From the IMG/VR virus record IMGVR_UViG_3300045988_079078: DNA of 39,895 nucleotides; one strand, 5' to 3'. Positions 30,812-38,273 of this stretch are shown here, piece by piece. The position numbers and the translations under genes are program-made. The notes under the pieces were generated by a model, which saw only the letters and a list, made by a program, of their open reading frames with translations, was not told where the DNA came from and did no database searches. How positions within the stretch are numbered: the first letter of the stretch is position 1; every line of letters starts with the position of its first letter. Source of the DNA: a virus.

Positions 30812-31759
30812 TCACCCTTTCACCCGCTTTTCTTTGATTCTGCAAGAGCATTTAGGCTCTTTCGCCCATTTTTTGAAGATGAATTGCATTTGGGTATCAA
30901 TCTTCTCTTTATCTTTCACAAGAACGCCAACCTTAAACGGTTTCAGAATGTGCTTGAAATAGGCTGCTCCTGCTTCCGCTTGCGATGTGATGCAGTTGCT
31001 TTTGCTTCTCATTCCGCAGCTGTAAATATTGCCATACAGTTTGCGCATATGCTCGCCACGTTTTACACCAGCTTCGGCATATGCTTTTCGGCATCCAGTC
31101 AGGTCTTTGTTTTGCGCTTGCCCTGTCTTGCTATACCGCAAAGGTGCAACCTGAACAGATGGGACGCCCATTTGCTTTAGTTTCAAGCGAAACTCGACGT
31201 CGTCCTCAAAGTCACCTTGGAATAAATCAGGGCATCTGTCAACATCCAATGCAAAGCAGCTATATACAAATCTCTCCGACAAATAATCATCCGCAGGAGC
31301 AGCTACGCCGCATAGCGTACAGCCTGACATTGCAGCATTAGTGCATTCCAGCACAGTTACAAGCGTATCTACGAAATCATCAAGCATTTCATCTCTGCTT
31401 TCGACGCGGTATCGCTTGATTGTCTTGTCGTCGATTTTTCGCGTGTACCCGATTTCTAAAAATGTTATGTTATCGTCCAACTGGATAAGATATCTGTACC
31501 CATGTTCACGTGCGTACTTGATCGCATAGCTGCGGTTCATCGGGGCATACCACGCATTGTCGCTTGTCTTTGCAACGGACTTATACCATTCCTCATATTC
31601 TTTAGGAACGTTTACAATTTCCCAATCGGTGTCGTATCCCTCTGAATTGTTAGAAATGATGATATGCGGGTATACGGTTTTATTTTTCTCCGTCGGGCGC
31701 TGCTGTTTCGTTCCCGGACGTTTCCCCGATATCTCCACTATCAGTGTTTTCTCTTTCAT
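30812..31759 (-). CDS. GT-A (GT2-like) glycosyltransferase-fold protein with no TM segment
   Basis: NRSYAIKYAREHGYRYLIQLDDN fits the GT2 RN..A..G..fLD.DD pattern, and GDFEDDVEFRLKLKQMG fits the ED..l.lR...G pattern. The RBS GGGAGGG lies before ATG 31759. Confidence 0.5.
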   Translation of the reverse strand: MKEKTLIVEISGKRPGTKQQRPTEKNKTVYPHIIISNNSEGYDTDWEIVNVPKEYEEWYKSVAKTSDNAWYAPMNRSYAIKYAREHGYRYLIQLDDNITFLEIGYTRKIDDKTIKRYRVESRDEMLDDFVDTLVTVLECTNAAMSGCTLCGVAAPADDYLSERFVYSCFALDVDRCPDLFQGDFEDDVEFRLKLKQMGVPSVQVAPLRYSKTGQAQNKDLTGCRKAYAEAGVKRGEHMRKLYGNIYSCGMRSKSNCITSQAEAGAAYFKHILKPFKVGVLVKDKEKIDTQMQFIFKKWAKEPKCSCRIKEKRVKG

Positions 31760-32270
31760 CCTGCATACCCTCCCAATATTTTTGCAGGCGTTCCAGCTTT
31801 TCTTTGCTGTCACTTTTGAAAACAGCCTCGTACATTACGCCAAACTCGTTGTTTTCCACTGCTGCCTTGTCGCTTTCATCAAGGGTATTATCAAACAGCC
31901 CCCCCAATTCAAAGCCAGTAAACAGAGCGTCATCGTCAAACGCATCAAGTTCTTCCAGCTCTTGCAGCAGCTTCTTGTTATCCCAGATTGCGACATCTGA
32001 AACCTTATTGTCAGCAAGCCGAAACGCCTTGATTTGCTCCGGCGTGAGGTCGTCCGCAATCACGCACGGAACCTCTTTCAGTTTCAGTTCCTGCGCTGCC
32101 TTATATCGCGTATGCCAGCATACAATTTCTCCGTCAGCCGCAATCACAATCGGAACTTTGAAACCATACGCTTCAATGCTTTTTGCGACTGCCGCTGCTG
32201 CCTTGTCATTGATTCTTGGGTTGTTTTCGTATGGGTGGATTTCTTCCAGCGATTTCATCACAACTTGCAT
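31680..32270 (-). CDS. ParB N-terminal-domain protein with an acidic tail (no methyltransferase domain)
   Basis: RBS is GGAGG. It has EEIHPYENNPRINDK...KVPIVIAADGEIVCWHTRYKAA...FRLADNKVSD. Confidence 0.75.
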   Translation of the reverse strand: MQVVMKSLEEIHPYENNPRINDKAAAAVAKSIEAYGFKVPIVIAADGEIVCWHTRYKAAQELKLKEVPCVIADDLTPEQIKAFRLADNKVSDVAIWDNKKLLQELEELDAFDDDALFTGFELGGLFDNTLDESDKAAVENNEFGVMYEAVFKSDSKEKLERLQKYWEGMQDERENTDSGDIGETSGNETAAPDGEK

Positions 32271-32290
32271 AACTTCCTCCTTTATGCAAC

Positions 32291-32320
32291 ACAAAAAGCC
32301 CACACAATTTGTGTAGGCTT
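32291..32320 (-). terminator. Intrinsic terminator 17 nt upstream of the ParB RBS
   Basis: The minus-strand RNA reads AAGCCTACACA-AAT-TGTGTGGGCTT followed by TTTGTGTT. Confidence 0.65.
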
Positions 32321-32775
32321 GATTTCCCCAAAACCCCTTTGCGCCGGAGGAAAAGCGCTTTCCCGCCCTACCGGTTTATGCTGTGCCGGTCTCACCCGTT
32401 GCGGGTAGCAAATCCGCAACGCTTTCATACAGTCAGAATTTACCGTGCCTGCTGTCCACACGCTTTTTTCATCCGCTGCATTTATATAAAATAGCGCCGC
32501 ATTCGGAGTGACAGCGCCAGCCTTGACCCGGCACGGTTCCGCTGAACTTACCCGCCAGCAAACACGTGGAAAAGGTTTATCCCTTACGGGCAAGCCCATT
32601 GCATGGCCTTGGTGTTGCGCTCGACCTCATGCGGGCAGGCGCAGCATATAAAATGCCCGTCTTTCCGGGCTGCCAGCTATAAGAATAGGAGAATTGAAAC
32701 AATAAAAAAAAGAGGTTTTAGCTATGCCGTAGGCTGTCCCGGTCCTACATCATCCAGCATATCTATAATAGCAGG
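32291..32775 (-). ncRNA. Candidate structured leader / ncRNA (about 480 nt, unclassified)
   Basis: No credible ORF is present. The region is GC-rich, unlike the other AT-rich intergenic regions. It has multiple hairpins (a GNRA-capped CCC-GTAA-GGG, and GTTGCGG...CCGCAAC), three terminator-like elements and a thrice-repeated motif. Confidence 0.35.
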
Positions 32776-33207
32776 TTAAAAGTGAACTGGAGTGCACAGA
32801 TTTTCAATTGCAGCGCGGTGTAATTTTTTTGCCCATCGCTCGGAAATATTTAGATTTATAGCAATCTTCCACCAATACGGTGTGCCGACAATATACCGTT
32901 CCCGCAAAACGTCCCGTTGCATTTGGTCTTGCACAGAGTTTATTGCGGTTTCAATTTCTTCCCTTTGCATCTCGGTGTCAATAATCTGCTTGTATAGAGC
33001 TTCTTGGCGCTCCATTATTCTGCAAACGGCATCCTCGATTTTATTTTTACCGCCGGCAGACACCACAACGGGGGATAATGCTTTAGTTGTCGCTGCTGCT
33101 CGTTCACGTTCGCTCTGTATCTGCTGGCGCAGCTGTCGTTCACAATTCCTGCTGCGTTGGTATCTCCACAGCCACGCTTTCTTTTGGTTGAATTCTTCTC
33201 TGGTCAT
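32776..33207 (-). CDS. Late-gene activator candidate (sigma-70 region-4 / ArpU-RinA-DUF1492-like)
   Basis: It is 143 aa. The C-terminal region LRERYIVGTPYWWKIAINLNISERWAKKLHRAAIENL is HTH-like. Its position upstream of the packaging genes is typical. Confidence 0.6.
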   Translation of the reverse strand: MTREEFNQKKAWLWRYQRSRNCERQLRQQIQSERERAAATTKALSPVVVSAGGKNKIEDAVCRIMERQEALYKQIIDTEMQREEIETAINSVQDQMQRDVLRERYIVGTPYWWKIAINLNISERWAKKLHRAAIENLCTPVHF

Positions 33208-33328
33208 TGGCTCTCCTTTCTTTCAGTTTCATGCAGCGCGGCAGCGTGCAAATATTGTCATTCTTCCACTCGCATGTCGCGCAAAGATGTTCGCGGGCGT
33301 ATTCATCAACTAGTTGCTGTTTTGTCAT
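33140..33328 (-). CDS. Small Cys-rich protein (62 aa)
   Basis: It has an ATGA overlap with the upstream stop and carries CATCEW...CTLPRC. Its 3' end overlaps the activator gene by 68 nt. Confidence 0.45.
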   Translation of the reverse strand: MTKQQLVDEYAREHLCATCEWKNDNICTLPRCMKLKERRANDQRRIQPKESVAVEIPTQQEL

Positions 33329-33918
33329 GGGGTCACCTCCGGGGGTTTAGGGAGCGGCATCCAATGGGTGACGGCGGTCCCGTTAAATTTTCTTTCTTTT
33401 CCGTAGTGAAATATCGCTTGAAATCCATCTCCGATATTGCAAAAACACAATACATACTCGTCTTTTTCCGGCAGCCTGTCTTTAACGCTTATCCATTCAC
33501 TCATTTGCGGTCGCTCTGGCTCTTTCCCTACTTCCTTGCAGAAGTCCAAGTAATCATCTACGGCATTGCGGAACTCTTTCTCAATATTTTCGATTTCAAA
33601 CGCATGAAAATTTACCAAATCCTTGATGCCATCCAATGTTCCATGCCAGAGTTTATCGTCTTCATCATACTCTACCGTAGCAGTGTACCCGCGATAAGCA
33701 AGTTTTGGCTCTTTCATGTGATCCACGGTTCCGCGCATAATGTGCGCCGTAGACCGTATCGCGTCCGGGTTATCTGCCAATTTCTGCAACTCATTCAGGT
33801 CTTCAAGTATACATGTAATGCCGCATGTATTGCACTCTTTTGTTATGTCCGTACACATGCCACAGGCATCGCTGTATTTCGTGATTTTATCGCGGATTGC
33901 TTCTTGAAGTTGTGTCAT
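33325..33918 (-). CDS. HicB-like fold fused to a DUF551-like C-terminal domain
   Basis: The RBS GGAGG lies before ATG 33918. YRGYTATVEYDEDDKLWHGTLDGIKDLVNFHAFEIENIEKEFRNAVDDYLDFCKEVG is HicB-like, and WISVKDRLPEKDEYVL...THWMPLPKPP is DUF551-like. Confidence 0.55.
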   Translation of the reverse strand: MTQLQEAIRDKITKYSDACGMCTDITKECNTCGITCILEDLNELQKLADNPDAIRSTAHIMRGTVDHMKEPKLAYRGYTATVEYDEDDKLWHGTLDGIKDLVNFHAFEIENIEKEFRNAVDDYLDFCKEVGKEPERPQMSEWISVKDRLPEKDEYVLCFCNIGDGFQAIFHYGKERKFNGTAVTHWMPLPKPPEVTP

Positions 33919-34499
33919 TCCGATACCTCCTCTACATACGCCATGTTCTGGCGCAGATTGAGGGATTTCGGATTGAGAACACAAGCCGGGGCAACAGCGC
34001 CGCAGTTGCACGCACCGTAGTTGTACAGCAGACAACCCGCGTTCACAGTGCGAACGATGCTCGATCCTCCCGCGTCGGAATCCTTATCTCCGCAACGCAA
34101 AGGTGTGGCAGTCCAAATCAAGCTGTCGTAGTGCGGGATGTAGTCACGGTACTTGCGGTATTCGTCACAAGTTAGGATAAAAACAAGGTCTTCCACAGTA
34201 CCATAGTTGCAGTCGCCATTATCTGCCACTAGGTCAACCTCGTGGAAAATAAGATTATCGATGCCGATAACTTTAGCCAAACAAAGCACTTGTTTGCGAA
34301 TCGCGCTGGTACGGTAATTATTCCAATTACCATTTCCGTCAGCGTACTGCTCATTCGGGCAGAACTTTGCGTCTTCTTTCCACGGCTTTTCCATTATGGC
34401 AAGCACGCCGCCGTCAGGGTGGTTCGGGTCAAGGCAGACCCACTCGTAATTCTTGAACATAAAGTGTTCGCCGGGGAGTAAAGTTGTGATGTTAGTCAT
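33915..34499 (-). CDS. Hypothetical protein (194 aa; DUF6273-like by recollection)
   Basis: The RBS GGAGGTG lies before ATG 34499. The C-terminus is Cys-rich. Confidence 0.5.
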   Translation of the reverse strand: MTNITTLLPGEHFMFKNYEWVCLDPNHPDGGVLAIMEKPWKEDAKFCPNEQYADGNGNWNNYRTSAIRKQVLCLAKVIGIDNLIFHEVDLVADNGDCNYGTVEDLVFILTCDEYRKYRDYIPHYDSLIWTATPLRCGDKDSDAGGSSIVRTVNAGCLLYNYGACNCGAVAPACVLNPKSLNLRQNMAYVEEVSE

Positions 34500-35046
34500 T
34501 GTTGGGCACCTCCGTGAGCCAGTAGTCTTTTGCGCAGGTTCCACATTTAATTAAATAGTTATCGTCTGTGCAGCATTTAGAATCTATATCACACGGACGA
34601 ATCGCAAGAACTCCGTTACTGTCTAGTTTTGCGTTTGGGAACCGCTTCAAAAACTCACTCTGGCGGGTCTTGACTGGGTGGTCTTTCGCCCATTGCTCAA
34701 CTTTTGAAATTGTTTCCTCAATGCTTTTAACTGAATCGTCATCTGGCCAAATCATGCACAAGTCCCCTCTACAAGCAAGGTATTTCTTACAGCCTTGATC
34801 TATCATCTCAGCGTGACGGCTATTAAGAAACGCGCCAATCTCAACGCTTGCGTTTTCGATTCTTTCCTTAAAGTCGGGCCATTCTGGCGGATTCTCTGTC
34901 CCATCAAACGCAATCGTCAAGCGCTTTTCATTTTCCTGCAGCAATTGCTTTGCCGATTCAAGGCTTGAAATGGCATCGTTCAGCTTGTCAATTGTCATTC
35001 GCACTTCGGCTCTTGCGTAAATGATCTGAAATTTATCATCGCTCAT
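34492..35046 (-). CDS. Hypothetical protein (184 aa)
   Basis: The RBS GAGGTGGAA lies before ATG 35046. Confidence 0.55.
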   Translation of the reverse strand: MSDDKFQIIYARAEVRMTIDKLNDAISSLESAKQLLQENEKRLTIAFDGTENPPEWPDFKERIENASVEIGAFLNSRHAEMIDQGCKKYLACRGDLCMIWPDDDSVKSIEETISKVEQWAKDHPVKTRQSEFLKRFPNAKLDSNGVLAIRPCDIDSKCCTDDNYLIKCGTCAKDYWLTEVPNND

Positions 35047-35136
35047 AATTTTCCACCTCGTTAAATCGCTGGTCATTTCCGTTAAATGCGATATGCAATT
35101 TGCCGGTGTTGCAATCGTCTGTTTCCTCTCTTTCTG

Positions 35137-35556
35137 TCAAAACGGCAAATCCTCGCCGTCCTCAATCTCTGCAAAATCGGCTGCGCTGCCGTTGGAGTAG
35201 CCGACTGTCGGCTTACCGCTAGTGCGCATGGCTCCGTCTGACTTACCGCAGAAGTTAGCGTTTTGCACAACCACCTCAATCGCGGTGCGGTTCTGGCCGT
35301 TCTTGTCCTGATACTGGCGGGACTGCAGGCGGCCGTCAACGGCAATCAGCGCACCCTTTCCGAAATACTTACAGATAAACTCTGCGGTCTTTTCCCATGC
35401 GGTGCAGGGAATCCAGTCTGTCTGGCTGTTGCCGTTGGCATCTTTTCGGCCCCGGTCGCAAGCGATGCGGAAGGTGCAGACTCTCTTGCCGGTAGTGGTC
35501 TGCCGCATTTCAGGGTCGCGGGCGAGCCGACCCATCACGGCAATGATATTCAGCAT
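35137..35556 (-). CDS. ssb: Single-stranded DNA-binding protein
   Basis: The OB-fold N-terminus is MLNIIAVMGRLARDPEMRQT...WIPCTAWEKTAEF. The acidic tail is EIEDGEDLPF. Confidence 0.9.
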   Translation of the reverse strand: MLNIIAVMGRLARDPEMRQTTTGKRVCTFRIACDRGRKDANGNSQTDWIPCTAWEKTAEFICKYFGKGALIAVDGRLQSRQYQDKNGQNRTAIEVVVQNANFCGKSDGAMRTSGKPTVGYSNGSAADFAEIEDGEDLPF

Positions 35557-35571
35557 ATTTTCACCTCGTAG

Positions 35572-35988
35572 TTAATCCCAGCCAGCATAGGCGCTGCGCC
35601 CTGCGGCTTTCGCTTTCTCGTGCTTCTCGATTTGCCGTTGGCAGAAAGCGGCGTCAAGGATACCGCACTCGGCTAGGTCTGCGTACATTTTGGCATCCCA
35701 CTTTGTCATCGGTGGGCGAATCTCATTGCACCAGGCAATCAGTTCAGCAGGAGAGGACGGTGGGAAGATTTGCCCAGCGCGAACTTTTCTGTCGATGGCC
35801 TCTTTTTGGAGTTTTACGGGCACATCCTGCAAAGCTTTCTCCCACACGGCGATCATGGAGCGCTTTTGTGCAGGTGTTTTTCCGTTGCCAAAGTTCGGCC
35901 ATACGGCGGCGATATAACCCATGATGTAGTGCAGGCCATCCTCGACGGGCTGCGCCTGCTGCGTAAGATCTGTGTTTGATACGGTCAT
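35572..35988 (-). CDS. Replication-associated protein (helicase-loader-like position)
   Basis: ATG 35988 forms an ATGA overlap with the replisome organiser stop. The protein is 138 aa. Confidence 0.4.
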   Translation of the reverse strand: MTVSNTDLTQQAQPVEDGLHYIMGYIAAVWPNFGNGKTPAQKRSMIAVWEKALQDVPVKLQKEAIDRKVRAGQIFPPSSPAELIAWCNEIRPPMTKWDAKMYADLAECGILDAAFCQRQIEKHEKAKAAGRSAYAGWD

Positions 35989-36686
35989 TGCCCCGTAAGC
36001 CAATCGAAGTCCCTCCCATCTGCACGGCGCTGCGGCGCTGCCTGCTGTGCATCGCGTATCGGATAGAACGCCTGCCAGCCCTTGCGCACGACCTCTCGCA
36101 TGTAGTCCTGCAAGCTCATGCTGCTTTGTGCTGCCATGCCAGCCAGCTTGTCGAGGTTTTGCCCGATAGCGCCCTTGGTTTCTGGCGCCCGCTGTTTCTT
36201 GCGGTTGTCGAGCCACTCAAAGAGCAGCTCTCGCAGCTCTGCGTCCTGCGTGTACTCCTCGATAGCTTTCTTTGCGGAGTATGCAGGCGCGCGCTTGCGC
36301 GTAGCCACGCTTTCAGCGTGGCATATATCTTGGGTATCGTTAGATACACAAGATATATTTTGTTTTTTGTTTTTTGTTTTTTGTTTACCTGCATTTGCTG
36401 GCAATTGATAGCAATTGCTATCAATTGCTTCTTCATTTGGCAATTGCTTGCGTTTCTTTCCGTTCTCGCTTAGCTTGGCACATTTTTCGCTGTACCGTTC
36501 TTTTGCTGCATCTATATCTTCCGTGATAAAGTCAAATGCGGTTTCCTCACGTCCATTGAGTTGCGTCTTTTCTCCCGTCTCGTTATATACCATAAGAGCA
36601 CGGAACAGCCGACCTAGCTCGCTATCTGATAGGTTGCGCGTTTTCTTTCTGTAGGAATTAAAGCAGCAGAAATACTCTAGTGCCAT
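35985..36686 (-). CDS. Replisome organiser / DnaD-domain-like replication initiator
   Basis: The N-terminus is EYFCCFNSYRKKTRNLSDSELGRLFRALMVYNETGE and the C-terminus is LRELLFEWLDNRKKQRAPETKGAI...RKGWQAFYP. An ori-like repeat cluster lies in the basic linker. Confidence 0.6.
   Translation of the reverse strand: MALEYFCCFNSYRKKTRNLSDSELGRLFRALMVYNETGEKTQLNGREETAFDFITEDIDAAKERYSEKCAKLSENGKKRKQLPNEEAIDSNCYQLPANAGKQKTKNKKQNISCVSNDTQDICHAESVATRKRAPAYSAKKAIEEYTQDAELRELLFEWLDNRKKQRAPETKGAIGQNLDKLAGMAAQSSMSLQDYMREVVRKGWQAFYPIRDAQQAAPQRRADGRDFDWLTGQ
36322..36447. repeat. Origin-like cluster: an interrupted 15/16-bp inverted repeat, (TTTTTTG)n and four GCAATTG boxes including a perfect 26-bp palindrome
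   Basis: An inverted repeat ATATATCTTG-G-GTATC / GATAC-A-CAAGATATAT spans 36323-36360. A T-rich tract spans 36357-36386. The palindrome CAATTGATAGCAATTGCTATCAATTG spans 36402-36427, and GGCAATTG lies at 36439-36446. Confidence 0.6.
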
Positions 36687-36688
36687 AT

Positions 36689-37342
36689 TCAATTTTCCTT
36701 TTCTTGATGGCAGTGCATATAAACGTATTCTGAATTTGCTGCCATGTTTGAGTAAAGCCAATCGTCGGCTTTCTCTTTACTTAGATGCTCACGCATCACT
36801 CGCTTTTCATACACAAACTCGCCGTTAATTTTCTTCTCCGCAATGCGGTCTTGAATGTCCGCTTCTTCGTAATTGGCTTCCACGAGATAAAGGCTGTAAC
36901 CCTTGGCCTTGATGCCGTTCAGATTGTTTGTGTCTGTGGCGTAAAATAGGCGATCTATAGGGTGCTGCTGTAGCTCAATATGCCAGCAGCAATTTTGCAC
37001 ATCGTGCTTTGTCTCCTGCGCCTTTATGCGGCATAGCCCTTTGTAGGTGTACCAGCGGTCTGTGCGTATAGCATCTATCTGGTTAGCCTTTACGCCCGCA
37101 TCTACGAGAGGGGCGCATAGCCACGTGCAACACGCAAAACGCAGTGTCGGTCTCTCTCTGGCGAGCCTGTGCAGCGTGGCGGGGTTAAAGTGGTCGCCGT
37201 GGATGTGTGTGAGCAATACGAGCTTTAAGCTCTTGTAATCGTCTGCAAGCCGGGAAAATGGAACGCCGCAATCAATCAATATTGAATTTTGAATGAGAAC
37301 GGAGTTCCCTTGACTTCCAGTTGAAATTATCTTGTAGTCCAT
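36689..37342 (-). CDS. MBL-fold metallo-hydrolase
   Basis: It has the LLTHIHGDH motif. The gene lies next to RecT. Confidence 0.75.
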   Translation of the reverse strand: MDYKIISTGSQGNSVLIQNSILIDCGVPFSRLADDYKSLKLVLLTHIHGDHFNPATLHRLARERPTLRFACCTWLCAPLVDAGVKANQIDAIRTDRWYTYKGLCRIKAQETKHDVQNCCWHIELQQHPIDRLFYATDTNNLNGIKAKGYSLYLVEANYEEADIQDRIAEKKINGEFVYEKRVMREHLSKEKADDWLYSNMAANSEYVYMHCHQEKEN

Positions 37343-37343
37343 C

Positions 37344-38273
37344 TTACAGGCTGCTCAAATCAATTTGCATCGGCTCGGCAGTGGCGTTCGCATTTTCAAC
37401 CGCCTGTTCCGTCTGCTGCTGTTCAAGCTGCGGTGCAGGCTGTGCAGCAGATTCAAGGCGAACGTCCTTTGCAGATGCGACGCGCTCTGCAATCAACTGT
37501 CCATCGTTGTCATGCGTGATGGTATCATCGTGTTCAAGCGCGGTCTGCATATCTACGCTCATAATGCCCCAGCGGGAAATAAGCTGACGAAGCATGGTTT
37601 TCTTTGCCATATCATCGAAATTCTTGTACCAGAACGAGGAATACTTCCACATCTCGCTTTGCTGAACGTTTCCAGCCAGCAGATTTTCGTACCCTTTGCG
37701 GCTAAAAGCGGGGCTGTAAGTGTCTGCATGGGTCATCATCTTTTCTTTGCTCCAATACAGCACCTTGCGGAATCCGTTCAAATACTCAAAGTAGGCCATA
37801 TAGCCGATGGTCGGCAGGGCATCACGCACATCATCGTCCTCAATGAACTTGAACCGGGCTTTTCCTGTTTCTGGGTCTTTGCCCATGTACTCGCCCTGCT
37901 TGATGACCATAACATCGAGGTCTTTGTACTGCCCGCTGCGCAACGCCAACTGGATATAGCCCTTATAGCCAAGCACGAACTGCGCCGTCGTGGTCTGCTG
38001 GCGCTTGTTTTTGAACGGCACGAGATAATATTGCCCCAGCTGCGGGGAAGGGGAGAGCTTCAAGCTCTCGCCAAGCAGCGCACCGGCAAGAATCGTACCG
38101 GCGTCGCATTCCTGCAAGGCCGGATTCACAGCGACAGCGCTCGTGATGCTGGCGGTGAAACTGCGGGCGCGGTCAGGGTCGCGCAGCGTGTTATTGATTA
38201 GGTTCTGATAGCTCTGTGTCGTGATCGCAACGGAAAACTTCGGTTTCTGTGCCAACTGATTAGATGTCGTCAT
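37344..38273 (-). CDS. recT: RecT-family single-strand annealing recombinase
   Basis: The core FVLGYKGYIQLALRSGQYK is typical of RecT. The protein is 309 aa. Confidence 0.8.
   Translation of the reverse strand: MTTSNQLAQKPKFSVAITTQSYQNLINNTLRDPDRARSFTASITSAVAVNPALQECDAGTILAGALLGESLKLSPSPQLGQYYLVPFKNKRQQTTTAQFVLGYKGYIQLALRSGQYKDLDVMVIKQGEYMGKDPETGKARFKFIEDDDVRDALPTIGYMAYFEYLNGFRKVLYWSKEKMMTHADTYSPAFSRKGYENLLAGNVQQSEMWKYSSFWYKNFDDMAKKTMLRQLISRWGIMSVDMQTALEHDDTITHDNDGQLIAERVASAKDVRLESAAQPAPQLEQQQTEQAVENANATAEPMQIDLSSL

Noticed and set aside
31680-31813. Programmed frameshift fusing the ParB-N protein to the glycosyltransferase-like protein.
   Set aside because: The shift would have to be +1, and no slippery or shifty-stop motif is visible. 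The downstream gene has its own RBS and ATG at 31759. It is treated as an ordinary, though long, gene overlap.
32282-32599. 105-aa minus-strand ORF inside the long intergenic region.
   Set aside because: It is R/P/C-rich with odd composition and has no RBS. It runs through a terminator hairpin and into the ParB RBS and start. It is more likely a chance open frame in GC-rich structured RNA.
36357-36386. The (TTTTTTG)n tract as a stand-alone microsatellite or phase-variation site.
   Set aside because: It is in frame within the replisome-organiser linker (KQKTKNKKQ) and sits among other ori-type repeats. It is better explained as an AT-rich unwinding element.
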